A DNA stretch of 61,943 bases, filler included, from Choristocarpus tenellus KU-1152 (taxonomy: Eukaryota > Protista > Phaeophyceae): the NCBI GenBank assembly GCA_964200185.2. It is 7 parts of 7 records of this genome, joined end to end, with 100 filler letters (N's around TTAATTAATTAA, not from the genome) between each part and the next. Parts side by side here need not be neighbours in the genome. Positions count along the whole stretch, not along the records: positions 1 to 16,225 come from CAXNAD020000856.1; positions 16,326 to 24,014 come from CAXNAD020005749.1; positions 24,115 to 32,139 come from CAXNAD020005256.1; 4 more parts are not named here. The stretch is one strand, 5' to 3'. The position numbers and the translations under genes are program-made. Positions 11,472 to 25,100 of this stretch are shown here, piece after piece (the first letter of the stretch is position 1; each line of letters opens with the position of its first letter). The notes beneath the pieces are model-generated. The model was given only the letters and a program-made list of their open reading frames with translations, did not search any database and was not told where the DNA came from.

Positions 11472-14400
11472 TCAGCTAAGAAGCACTGGAGCCTTACAAA
11501 AAATTCGAACTTTACCCTCGTAGTCCGAGGCCAGGATCATGCAACTGAGGTAACCTCCAACATCCGCTACATCCTTTGACAACCCTCCACGAACAGCGAT
11601 TACACAAGCACGTGCTGCACTCTCCGGAACAAAGGCTGCAACAGTCACAATGGAGGGATCTCCCTCAGTGGCAACAAACGATTCATGACAGCGGTTCGTG
11701 TCTTTGGCGCCACTGCTGCTACTGCTGCTGCCACCAGAAACCGCTGCCGTTTGGGGCCGTGATGTACCAGATGTGTTCCACACATACACCTGCATTTCCC
11801 CAAGCAGTCGGGGGGGTTTTAGAGGGGGGGGAGGAGGGACCAAGGTATAGAAGGAATTAAGCCTGTCCGAGGGGNNNNNNNNNNGGGCGGAGTGACGGGG
11901 TGTGTCCAGGGCGGCGGCGGGGGGTGGCGCAGGCGGGCGGGGGGGGGGTGGGGGGGGGGGGGGAGGGACCAAGGTATAGAAGGAATTAAGCCTGTCCGAG
12001 GGGACTGGGTGTGTGTGCTGTGTTCATGAAATGCTGAAGTCGATTGCTATACTATGCATAGTGTCAACCAAAAAACCGTTGATTCATACAATTAGCTCCT
12101 GCTTCATGTTCATGGTTGAAGAATGGCATGTATCACGCACTATACACTACATTCCATTCAGTTGCTTCGTAGAAGAACTCTCGTGTAACACTGCAGGAAA
12201 TTTCCTAGAGTTGCTGAAATTGCCCTCATTCAAAGTACACTGGTTCCTTTAGAGGGAATTGATTCTACAACAACATTGTACTGCATGCTTGCAAAGGCAT
12301 GAAAACATCACTTTCCAGCATGTTACCACTCTACCCCTATCTGCATCCATTCTCAAGTTAGACACACTATGAGTAAAGAAAAATATTGATCACTATAATG
12401 TCAGATTGGCAGCATTGCATTTTCCAGAAGATTGCATGCAAAGGTCTTCCAACTAAGGTTGCTTTGCAGCTGTAGTACCAATAGTACATAAGAGGAATGC
12501 AGTCTTTGTTCTCAAGGCCACCTACTATTGCAACTACACACATACATGGCCTGACCCTTCCATAGTCTTACTTCTAATATAAACTAAGCAAATTTAGAGA
12601 ATCCCTCCTATCTAATCAAAATTACAGTACCTGCAATTTGCTCTCACATGTGAGTGTCAGGTCTTGAAGTTTGTCTCTTTAGACTTACAATGTAAATAAC
12701 TACTCCATACACTAACTTCTAAGACACCCATTCTTTTAGAGATACGAGACAACCCAACATCAATAGCCCTCCTTCAGAAAGAATAATAAAAAAGCTCTAA
12801 ATAACCCAATCCAATAGAAAAAATTGCCTCACACCTTTCCATTCTCTGACCCGCTAATAATAAGGCGACCATCCTCGCTGAAGCTGGCCTTGATCTGCAG
12901 GCTATCATTACTTAGCCCCTTGTACTTTGAGCTCATTGCAAAGTCCTCGGTGTTGTACAGGCGGAGGCGGGAGTCATTGGTTGTCACCAACACCTCTTCA
13001 TCCACAGCACCAAACTTTTTACGAGCACATGCCAGTGCACCCCCTTGTACCCCTGCACCACCGCTGCCACCAGCAACATCCCCTGCCTTGGTGGTGCCTG
13101 AGCCCTTGAATGCCAACCCAGTTACCTTACGCCCACTCTTAAGTGGCCCCCGCCTGTTGCGGCACTCTATTTGGGTGAAGTAACGCATACCTTGAGTCTG
13201 GTAAAAGAGGACCTGCTCAAAGGTAGGACAAACAAACACACCACGAACACAGAATATTAGGGCGCAACAACGACATAGTGCTGTTTTCTTAAATGTTTCT
13301 ATACTATCCTGCGAAGTAGGAGGGCTCTACACAACCCCACTACCTACTGATAAGGCTGCCAGCGAGAGCAAGACCCTAATCCTAAGTAGTCCACATGACT
13401 GAAATCATGGTACAGGATGAACACAAACGTGTTTACTGGGCAACCCAACCACTCATAGCCAACACGGGTTGTCCCTATAGCTAAAGATGTTATCTGAGAG
13501 CTCCATACACTCACCTGCCCCTGGTACAGACCAGCAATTATCATCTGCCCATCCCTGCTGAACCTTGCAGCTGTGACCATACCAGGTGCCTGCTGCCACT
13601 CCTGCACCCGCCCATCCCGTATGTTCCACACACGTACCTTTTTGTCAAAGCAACCTGACAAGAAAAGGTGCTCAAAGACGGGGTGAAAGTCCACAGAGGT
13701 GACAATATCAGAGTGAAGGAAACAGTGCAAGCAGGCCCCCTGGGAGACATGCCAAAGTCGAACCGTCTTGTCCAGTGAGGCAGAGAGAAGAAAATCGTTG
13801 CGCGACCATGTCAGTTCGACCACATCACCCGTGTGACCCTCAAAAATACGGAATGTGTCCTTCTCCAACAGGCCAGGCACCTTCACCGCAGGCCTTTGAA
13901 GAGGTGAAAGCGGCGATGGCAGAGATGATGACAGTGGAGAACTAGCACCCCCCACACCACCCACCCCTGGCACATCGGAGCTCATGCTGCTACTGCCTCT
14001 AGTACCCCCAGGCAAGGTTGGTGAAGATGGAATTGACATTACCTCAATGCTTGACTCACTCTCAGAATTTGGTTTTGGGTGTGGCAACAGGACACCTGGT
14101 TCACAAATGCCAGTCTCCTTTGCGGCCAGCCCTTTATTGGTGCCCTTCCCATCACTGCCACTGACACAGTACACTCGGACCTTGGTATCCTGGCCAGCAG
14201 TTGCCAAGAATCTTCCTGTGTGACTGAAGGCTGCTGTCCACACCGGTCCCGTATGGTGGCACAGCTCTTGAAAAAGCATCAACCCCTCCAGCTCACTAGT
14301 GTCTTTCCCCTTAAATGATATCTGAACCCCACCAGAAGAAGTGTCACTAACAGCCTTCCTACTTAATCGATCACAACCCCCATTCCCTGAAACCACCACT

Positions 14401-16015
14401 GCAGAAGCCACCTTACCAATCCCATCTCGTACCAACCTGCCAATGGCCAAGGCCTTTGCCTTCCCACGGGCACTGCCAATGCCACTCTGCCTCTCTTCAC
14501 CCACCCCATTCCTTGGCAAATTTGAAGAGGCTCCCTGGCTGTATTCACTATCTGCACCCTCCCTTGCCCCGATTTGTCCTTTGGAGCGCCGACGCTCCAG
14601 CTCCATCAAGAGCTCTCGACTGGGAAGGAGGGAATAGTTCACTGATGGGAGGTGCTTCTCAAGATCCCGCATATCAAATACCTCTCCTGTATCCTGGTTA
14701 AGCACCACAAGAAGGTGGTTTGTAGTGACATAGGTTGGAAAGGATGGAGATCTAGCATAGGATGAGGTACGAGGCATTGTCAAACTGATTGAACTTCACA
14801 GTTTTAGCATCTAAGGGCTACTTACCACGAGGTGTAAAACAGTTGCATAATGGAGGATATCAGAGATTTAGCTACCCACAAGAGAACAGAACCACCCTGA
14901 ATATATATCTATGAACATACATCTTCAAAAATGCTGTCCTCTCACTTCGACCGGGTCAGGCGACATATTCTAAAGTTCAGTCAAATGATGCCAGCCCCAA
15001 CATATTGGGGCTGGCATTGAAGAAATTCCTGCCTAGCAACCATTGCACAATAAGCTCCGCCAGAATCTGTAAATTTTGGTACTGGATACCCTGTAGGCAG
15101 TTGAAAACCATCCAAGAGTCAAGAACAGCATCCTGTCGGAAGCAATTTTCTGTCCGTCTGAGAAAGAATCGAGTGAAGTCTGTCTTGCTCCATGTTGGAA
15201 TTCTATATGATTCACGGACTTTGGTTAAGGACTTTGCTGACCTTGTTCACCAACATATATTTCCTGTCTTCTTCGCTCCCATCTACGGGTGGGAAATTCG
15301 ACGTTGAAGTTGTGCCATCCGCTGCAGCGTCGCCGTTTCCCTTGACCTGTTGCTGAGGGCCGACAAGACCTTTTACACCCACCGACACTCGTGGCGGAAG
15401 AGGTGGAGGCGTGATCCTTGAGTTGGTGGCTGAAAAATTGGCAGCTGTGGTAACACCGAAGCTTCCTGGGGGCGTATTTGGAAAGTAGGTTTCTCCTTGA
15501 CGGCTAGACTTCGCCATGGGAGTGGACTCAGCGCTACTGATGTCCGAAACCACCACACGCCGTTGAGGTGCCACAGGGGAAAGTTCGCCCTTTGCAGTAG
15601 CAGCGGGCACAACTGTCATCGGTGTAATGTGGTGAGAGGAAGGATTTCTATTTCCTGAGGTAATCCCCCCCAATGCCTTGGGTGAAAATTCACCAACTGG
15701 AGTCTTCTCCGAATCGCAATCTTGGCGTTGTTCAAGTTGCAGGATAGACGACGTCCGTAGCGCACTTGTGGAGGAGCTGCTACGACACAGATCCATCGTT
15801 TCCAAGGCATCGTAAAATTCATCATCTCCTATAGAACCGTCGGAAGACAGAAATTGCAAAGCTGCTGCAGTACCTGCAAGAGAACCACCTGGCGCATGGG
15901 GAGTAGGAGACCAGAGGTCAGTGTGCGTGTAATGAGCCGTTAGACTCTTGGACTTCGAATTTGTCGCCGATGTCAACATTTCAGAGTAGGAGTTCCTACC
16001 TGCCACACCGCTCAT
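11472..16015 (-). CDS. WD40-repeat protein, WDR44/rabphilin-11-like, 4 exons
   Basis: Exons 16015-15242, 14693-13515, 13212-12835 and 11789-11472. WD repeats: HTGPVWTAAFSHTGRFLATAGQD, GHTGDVVELTWSRNDFLLSASLDKTVRLWH, HSDIVTSVDFHP...FLSGCFDKKVRVWN, and VTTNDSRLRLY...QIKASFSEDG...SGSENGKVYVW, as in the WDR44 family. Start Met uncertain. Confidence 0.88.
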
Positions 16016-16185
16016 AGCCCAGACGGGAAGCACGTAGAGGGTTGCACAAAGACGAGGCAGGTTAGACAAACACTCCACTCTCCCTCTCTCTCTGATCCGC
16101 GCGCAGAATGTTCTTGGGTTGATACTAGCAGTAGAAATGTCTATGTATATTGTAGAACCTTAACGTATTACCGAATATTAGTTTA

Positions 16186-16225
16186 TTTTATTATTATGCC
16201 CTGTGACATTTTGCAGATGTGTCAG
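16186..16225 (-). repeat. Hairpin/(TAA)n-tail short repeat, copy cut by the gap
   Basis: TTTTATTATTATGCCCTGTGACATTTTGCAGATGTGTCAG matches the copies at 36300, 36767, 58240 and 61847. Confidence 0.85.
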
Positions 16226-16325
16226 NNNNNNNNNNNNNNNNNNNNNNNNNNNNNNNNNNNNNNNNNNNNTTAATTAATTAANNNNNNNNNNNNNNNNNNN
16301 NNNNNNNNNNNNNNNNNNNNNNNNN
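16226..16325. other. Assembly gap spacer (N44-TTAATTAATTAA-N44); identical spacers at 24015-24114, 32140-32239, 36120-36219, 42444-42543 and 50969-51068
   Basis: The same 100-nt pattern, with a six-frame stop core, occurs at six places. It is artificial. Confidence 0.98.
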
Positions 16326-16830
16326 AAAAAAACAAAGAAGGTGGGAGGGGGGGGGGGGGGGGGGGGGGGGGACCAAAGCGCATGGTAAAGGTGTTAATAT
16401 AGGCAGTTCAAATCTTGAAGGATAACCACACCAACAAGATACAATCTTGCCGACCACCATGAGGAACCAGTTAGGTCGATACATGCTATGGGGTTAGGGT
16501 TAGGGTACTTTTTGCATTGAATTGCATTGATCAATCTTATCTATTGGGGTCTCATTTAAGGTGTTACAATCACATTTGAGTTGTTATCACACTTGAGATG
16601 ATACTATCAACCACAAAACACTCAAATATGATGTATGTGTAGCTGATACCCTAGATACAGACCACCTTTAAAAAAAAAATCAACAGAAACAAGAAAAAAG
16701 TGTAGGAGGTGGGCTGGGGGCTGGGAGGGGAAGAAATATCAATTTCGGTACATTCATCAACCAATCTATTCTTCCATCCCCACCCCACCCCCTGCACACA
16801 CCACACCACCTCTCTATCTATCCCTCTCAC

Positions 16831-19800
16831 TTTGATGTCAGCATTCTTGATGAAACTAAAGTTGATCTTCACTGGGAACAACTCAAGAGCATCCATGTAG
16901 ACATGTAACTCCTCTGTGATATTATCGACGCCCCATACACCCCCACTCTCCTCAGTCCCATGTCCAGTGGCATCCAAGACATCAGCTGGAGATTGAAGGG
17001 TGAGGCAAGGAACAGACACCAGGTGATGAAACACAGCTAGAAAATAAAGCAAAGTCCTACTCTGTTAGGGATGCTTTAGGGTGCTTTATGGTATATAACC
17101 ATACAGAAAAACCACAAAAGGTGCATATATACCTCACCTCACCAGAACACTCTTGTCACCTTGACCTATCCCTAGCTCTCACAACCCCCCCCCCCCTGTC
17201 GATTCAATTTCCAATACTTCTGCCATATGCAATGCTTTCATGCAATGAGTCCCATTAGTCTATGCTCCAAGCCTACTTCAACACCCCTTCAATCCATCAG
17301 ACCTCACCATTGACCATGGGAGTCTTGATCATGCCTTCTGAAAGGGATGCAGCAGATGCAGCCTGAAGTGCCACCAGTCCAACAGCCTTCCTATTATATA
17401 CATCCCGACTTGATCGCTGGTAGTCCAAACGGTCCACCACAAACTACAGTCCATACAAAAACAAAAAATAACAACAACGGTAACAATAACAACATATTTG
17501 TGTGTTATGTGTGTGGGGGTATAGATGAAGGTAGAAAGGAGGATGGGAAGTTCCATAGGTAACCGGGCATGGTGGAGCAAACAATAAAATTCATTGCCTC
17601 CTCAAGCATGTCCTGCATTGCTCTACTGGCTCGGTGGCTTTACCTGTAACAGCCTCAGATAAGTTCTGGGGGGGAGCTCAGCTGTGCAAGCATTACAAGT
17701 ATAACAAGCGTAGCAAGTATAAGCATTGTAAGGGGTTCAGCAAAGTACCTTTCATCTTTGAGGTAGAGAGCAATGGACAGTGGTCAGGGGAAGGCTTGCT
17801 CTAGTAGCTGTTTTCAGGGAGGTAACAGGGGGCAGAGGACAGGTACTTTCTCTTGCGTCTATTAGTAGAGTGAGAATGCGAGTGAGTATGCCATCTATTG
17901 CATAACATCCAGCGCTAACCTGGGTCAGGTCGGTCAGAATGGCCTGCTCCAGCATAACATCCAGCTCTTGCAACAGGAAGCCGACATACTGCATCAGCAA
18001 ACAAACAAACAAACACACACACACACACACAAATGCAAATACCCAGAAGTGTAGAGAGAGGTTGGCATTGCATACACACATACATATAGAAAATATATGT
18101 GATCGTATCAATCAGTGTGGGGCAATGCACACCAGGCGGTTACAGACCTGCACGCACAACCAAGACAAAAAAAGAAAAGGATAGCCTTAGCCCTATCCCT
18201 ATCCCTAACCCTAACCTGAACCCCAATACAACACAGATAAGTTCATGATCCTTTCAACACATATTGGGGGTGGTTCTGTGCAATATTGTTCACAACCAGG
18301 TTATCTCTTGGATTGCTTTCAAGATCATAATGATCATAATGGTCATAATGATGATGCAAAACATTTCTTGGAGTAGATTCTTTTGCAATGTACTGTAAAG
18401 ATCACTTGCCCATCTTGCCCATCACACACATACTTCAATCCTTTCATAGACATACACAGACACACACACACATACACATACAAATAAGTATGGCCAACAG
18501 ACCTCGAAGTGGTTGAGGTGATTATGGCTCTTGGTATTATTCCTTATGAAGGTGAGTTGCAGTGTTGCCTGTGGATTGGTTACAGGTGTTGGAGCTAAGA
18601 TGATAGGAGCCACAGTGTTATGAGTCTGGTTATCGAGCTGTATCCAGTCCACCACACAGCTGCCCCTTGTGAATTCCTGAGGGTAAGGAAACAACACAAA
18701 AAGGGTTGGTTAGGGATAGGGTTAGGGTTATACTTTGCTTTCCGGTCAAGGTTTATGATGATTTGATACTTTGATACCTTCAACATTGATGTGAACATTC
18801 AGTACAGGAGGTGGGAGGTTAGGTGCAGAGGGAGGGAGATGCTAATGGGAGTACTATCAACACTACAACTGTACTGCTAGTACACTATATCATTAGTAGA
18901 GGGATAAAGTGAGAAAGGCTTTGTTAGAGCAAAGTAGGCGTTGTTCTCTCTTGAACCAACGCTTAATACCTCTCCTTCTCAAGACTAGATTGCAAGGACT
19001 ATGGATTAGATTGATTGTACCTTCTATGTTCCACAAGTACATCCGCCCACTCACTCAAAAGGGTCAAACGGTCACAGAGAAATTGTCATTTTCATGTTCA
19101 ATATTGGAAAACTTACAGACTGACAGAGCCTAATTGGCTCTATTTTATATCATATCTGACTATTAAGCACTTGATGAAAAACCTTATCACATACAGTGGA
19201 CGCAAATTCCTGAGCAAAGTCAGAAGCTTCCATCACAAGAAGCTTCTCTTGTCATTGTCACTAGCAAGCACTTGATGAGAGGGGGGGGCATCCTCTTCTT
19301 TGGTCAACTCGTTCATCTCAGTCAACTCAGTCAACTTGAACCCCTTGGTGTTTGCAGTCCAAACCTGTGATTCCGTGTAGCGCCAGTCTACACCCTTGAT
19401 GGTCAGGTGTAACAGCTCCTTCGCACGCCTAGTGATAAAAAGTAACAGCCAAAATAAAATAAAATATCCTTAATATTCGTGTTTGCGAGGATTGGGGGGG
19501 GGGGGGATGACAGTGGTTGTAGAGTTCACATCACAGTGCTAATAGTACAAATTTATGGAAGCAGGTCCTCCCTTGTCACCATTAGGCACTCATCCCCATC
19601 TCCTCGGAGTTGTAAGTCAAGAGTATAGACAGGAAGGCATTGAAGGCATTGTTTCACCCACGCTAGCTGCGCATACTACTAGCAAAAGATAACCTCAGCA
19701 CCTATAGACAGCAGTTTTTTTTTTTTTAAATTGATAGTCTTGTCCACCTCAGACCCCCCCCAAGAAAAGTTGTAAATCATTCATTCACAGGGATTTTTTT

Positions 19801-22057
19801 TTTCCCCCGTGCCGTAACAGGTGGGGGTAAAAAACCCTAACCCTAACCCTAACCAGTACCTAAAACGAAGCACTGTAAGAGGGGAAAAAACCCTCAGAAC
19901 ATCAGTGGCAAAGAGAAGACAGCACAAAAACAAAGCGATGTAAAACAGTGGAGTGTTATTTGATACTGTGTGTTGTTTTGTCCATGGTGGATGACATTCA
20001 ATTGTACAGTACTTACAAGGTGCTGCCTGTGACACACACTTGGGAGCAGTCACATGGAAAAGCACTCACACTGGGGGAGGGGGGATCCTCAGGATCATTG
20101 CCTTTTCAATACATATCCCAATCACATCCCAATCCTTACTGGTTGTCAACAAGAGACATGGAGACCTCTCCTAGCAGGGCACTGATGTAAGACCGTGTGG
20201 CAACCGGTGAGCTTGCATTTCCCCCCTGATATCGGAAGGCTGGTGAAGTAGGTGTCCACTGCACTGCCAGCTGTAAAGGACATGACAGCAACGACAAATT
20301 AACATAAACATAAATATTAATAGCATAGCATGGTATAGTATAGTATAGTATAGCATGGGGGGCGAAGAGAGCAAAGTTCAAAAACAGAACCAGAGAGGCC
20401 ATACATTTTCGGTAGAATATCAAGATTGTAAGATTGTAAACAGATTGTGACTCCATTCATCACAGCTCTTCACCCAGTCAGACTGTGCACTTATCCTTGA
20501 TGAAACGCACACCTGCATGACAAGATTGTAGTGTGCAAAGTCCACTGCGCGACGTTGCTCTGGCGTGTTTGCCCAACCAGTGTACGCTCCATCGCCACCG
20601 CCTTCCTCTCCCAATAAAAACCTATCATCTCTTTGCGCAGGAGAGCCTAGGGGAAACCAACGCTGGACAAGGCGAACGGAAGGTGGGTGGGGGTGGGTTG
20701 GGTGAGGGGGGGTTGGCCCTGCCAACATTGAAAGGGAGGTGGGCAAAGGTAAGCAAAACAGGTTCATCACTACATGTTGAACACAAATATTTTGAAAGTA
20801 ATAAATAACCCTCCCCCGAAAAAAGAATCTAACCCTAAAATAATCATACACTAGGGTAGTGATTATGGAGGGATAAAAAAGAGATCAACATTCATCCCTA
20901 ATCCTTGTTGAGAGGGACTGCTATCAGTGTTATCTGCAGATGTCACTAAGGTAAAAAAAAGCAAAGCCTAGGGTAGTGTCTTCTACTTCTGAACCAACTG
21001 TTGAAGCAACAAGCATTGATATACGGAGATGATCAAGACTTAGGGCTATATTCTACTATATGAGTGGACTGCACAAGAAAGGGTACTAGTAGTCTTAGCA
21101 TGCTTGAGGCCAGGACATGTATTTGATAAGCTGCACAGCAATGCCAATCAGTACAACATCGCACGCATTTATCTCATCACCTTCAAGCCAATCCATACAG
21201 TTCAACAACAATAAGAACACCCCTTTGAGGGACAAAAACGATACACACATATACGTGATTTCCTTCACTTTCTGTCCACATGCCAACATACTTTTAATAA
21301 CTCCAATGCAGCCGGTGCCTGTACACCTGGTCCACACCCCTTCCGTATTGCACTGTACATCAACATCACATCAACATCCTGTCTACCAAGAGATGATGTC
21401 TTTGGGACATGCTCAGGCTACCCTCAAAGCCTGTCATTCCAGTACCGTGCCTGCACTGAATAATGACACCACATGCTCGATCAACCCCTTGCCTTATCAT
21501 GTGTAGCATGTATATATCAGTATCAGCACCTACAGTAGCAAGTCTTTTCCAGGCCCTCTTGCCATGATCACGCTACCGGCCCCTGCATATCCTGTACATC
21601 CTCTGCTTCCAAGTGCTCTGTACAACAAATACACCTTGGAAGGCACACCTTCTACATGACACTATACACAGTTGTCACTTGCCCTAGTATCCTCTTGACT
21701 TGAAGCAAGCCTACAAAAGTATGACCCTTTTGGCCCTCACTTGTTATGGAAGCAATGTGTATGGAGTGGGATAGTGAGGCAAGTTGGTTTTCAATGATCG
21801 GCAGCATGTTTTTGCAGTATGTGTATGTAGTGATAGCGATTCCATCATCATACCTGCATGACTCGTTAGATTCACAAATAAAACATTTTTTTTTCACCTT
21901 ATACTCAGTACGACCTCGAAAGGTGCAGCAGTCTATCAAGTCACCCAAAGGGAGTTCCAGCCGTCCAAGCTCTGTGTCTGAACGAAGGTCGCCTGCCCCA
22001 GTCTCTACAAAAACCGATAGCCTGTCAGCACATAATGCACCCATACATGTTTGTGTT

Positions 22058-22104
<47 letters not shown>

Positions 22105-25100
22105 GGTAGGTGCAATTCAAACAGACAAAAGGGCAGAAGCAGACCATATGAAACAGAGCGCGATCCTGTCCCAATAGGGTGATAGGGAAATCAGCAAACG
22201 TATGTCGATTCAAATAGTACACTCTCTAATTCCCTCATTCATAAAACCACAAAGACTTCCCTTGTATCCTTCAAAATATACTAAACAACTCCTCTTGTTG
22301 ACATGCATAAATAATCCCAAAGTTCCACTAGGAAAGTGCCATTGTACTGTCACTAAATACTCTCCACAGAAAAAAGAACAAATATTCCCCTAATCTCACC
22401 CCATGCGCTCAAAAATCTACGATATAGCAGACACAAAGTATCTGAGGGGGGAGGGGGTGGCGGCGGCTATCCATTCCATTTGGGGTCCATTTTTCCACAT
22501 TGTGAATTTTGGGTAATTTGGTTGCATGCGTCAGATGGATAGTGTAAGTGCACTTCTCCTGTTCAGGGCCCGAATGGACACCCTGGTGTAGACAACTCCC
22601 CCTCTCCAGATACTTTGAGCCACCATCAACACCTGACCCAGAACACTTTACATTAACTTTCCCACCCTCAAACCAAATTCACTCACCCAAAAAGCTACAT
22701 ACCCAAAAGCTCAAAAGGGTCCAATAACTGACACTGTCCCTTGCCTCCCCCCTTCACAAAAACCTCATGTGACCCAACTTGTCATCACCTCAGGGTGCCA
22801 GACGCCTCCAGGGCATCCACGGGGAACTCGCATGGTCGCTGCTCTCTTCCCCATGTAGGAGAAACGGCTGCAGCGGCATGTCCACTGGTCCACTTGAATG
22901 GACCCCTCTGGAGGTGAGCTTGTACCACAACATAAACCCTCCGCTGATTAGTGGTCCCCAGGTGGAGGGCCTGCAACAACACCGAGGTGATTTTCGGCAG
23001 TCATAGGGGGATAGATTCAGAACAAATCAATTGCCCTCTAGGCACAAGGCTCTATAAAGAAAAACGGGTATGATGACCCCTTGCAAATTCTTTTGGGAAA
23101 TAGTAACAACAGTGGTCAGACTCACTGAACGATAGATCCAGGTAGATCTAAGGAAGGAGGGGAACGGCGGATATTGGGGAAGCACTTGCCCTGCAAAAGG
23201 AACATACTCATAGACTACTCACCTGCAGTGGTCTAACTGTCAGTACTCCCCCACCCCTTGTAACCCTCTGGTGGCTGAGCTCCATCTCACACACAGCCCT
23301 CTCTCGGCTGGTACGTATGAGGTCCTTGAGGGTTGGCCTTTGCAGTAGCGGTAACAGACGGGCCTACACAATCACAATCACAAGGACACACACATGGGCA
23401 ATGAAAGCAAGTATGTCTAGTACAAGATACAACCACACAAGAACAAAAATAGTAAAAACACATTATATATATATATATAAATATATATTCATCACTTTGA
23501 CAGAATTCTATCCTGAAAAAGGTGTTGAGTTTGAAGATACACGCCTATGCAGGTGTGAGAGATGACCTTCCTAAAGAGTAATCAAACAGACAGCTGGTGC
23601 AAACACCCAGAGCATACGCAGGGGAGTAAACGACCAGTCAAGGAAGGGTGCACCTAGAGAGCACACACAACTACTCATCCCCTCCCGGTTACAAAGGAAA
23701 GGGTTAAGGCAAAGGTCAACAACCTCCACACACTCCACTACACACTTGCCCACTACATGTTGCATGCCCTATCTGGAACAGATACATGCAACTGTGCCCG
23801 TAAGCATGTCTGATACCCTTACACTAACCCTGCACAACAGAACACCAAAACTATTAGTACCACCATTGCACGGTCACCTTCTCCCTGTACTCAAGCATTG
23901 GGTCCACCAGCCTTATGTCCTCCACCATCGCAGCCACATCACCTCCACTTGCAGTGTGTTCCGATCCAGTACAAGCCCCCACCCCCCCGCATATTCCACT
24001 GGACTCTGTCCCTCNNNNNNNNNNNNNNNNNNNNNNNNNNNNNNNNNNNNNNNNNNNNTTAATTAATTAANNNNNNNNNNNNNNNNNNNNNNNNNNNNNN
24101 NNNNNNNNNNNNNNCCCCCCACCTCGGTCCCAACCTCCTTTGCCCAGACCAGCCCCACCCCGCTGCCCTGCACACTCCACCCACCTCCATCCTGGTGCCA
24201 TCCACACGCCACCCTCGCTCCTGCTCCTAGTACTGCTCCGGCCAGTACGCTCAAAGTCTTTTCCTCGGCCGTCCCCGTCCCCGCACCACCACCGACTCTC
24301 ACTGTCGCTGCCACTGGAAGATTCGAGCTCAGTCTCGAAGTAGTCCGCATTGAGCATTGTCACTGGACCCATCACATAGACCTCTTCGCTGGGGAATCCT
24401 CCTGCACACTCATTCCCAATTGATAAACAATCTCCCACTTTTCCAGAACCAGCTACAGTGTGGTTCGAACCACCCCTTCCGATGTCCCTACATTGCCAAA
24501 CATGTCGCCTACGTCTCTGTTCAGGTACAGTGCCAGCCACATTATCCCAGTGCTCCCCCCGGCCCCATTTTACACTTACCCTTCGATTGCTGCAACCATG
24601 ACCACTGGATCCAGAGGTCTTTGGTGGTGACCGCTTGTGGAGGCATTCTTCTTGACTAGTGTTAGGGTAGTATGCCTGAGAGAGCCTGGGACCGGCCTTC
24701 CATGTTCTACGCCGTTTGTAACTGAGGGAGGGTGTACTCTTTGGCGGGAGTCGAAATCCCACCTGACCCAGAAGTAGGGTAGGGAAGGAGCAGGAGGAGA
24801 GAGGTTGATTGTGGTTGCGGGGTGGTTCCCACAACCCCTGAAAACTTACATGCAGCCTATGGTAGGAGCACATGTTGCAATAGATGTAGAATGCTGATGT
24901 ATTTGAGGCATAGGCATCAAATTGGATTGATGGCAGGGATTTGATCTGAGCAAAACATGGAAAGTTGGAGGTGGGTCACAAGTCCTTGTTGAGTATCATA
25001 CCGGCAAATGATCCCCTCTTCAAACCTGTTCCAAATCTTACCTTACCACCATCGATTGGCTGAGCGACATTTTCCAATTTCGAACTCATTCCGTCCACTC

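Noticed and set aside
11825-12003. 41-bp direct repeat and the poly-Pro N-terminus of ORF 11472-11972
   Set aside because: The repeat flanks a 10-N gap and poly-G runs, so it is probably an assembly overlap. The real exon starts at 11789.
13541-15825. Many short ORFs overlapping the WD40 exons
   Set aside because: Antisense or alternate-frame shadows of coding exons.
16270-16281. Recurrent palindrome TTAATTAATTAA
   Set aside because: Always centred in identical N-runs; an artificial scaffolding spacer.
24461-24474. Palindrome GTGGTTCGAACCAC containing a tRNA T-loop-like GGTTCGA
   Set aside because: No cloverleaf or A-box; lies in a probable exon; compatible with chance.
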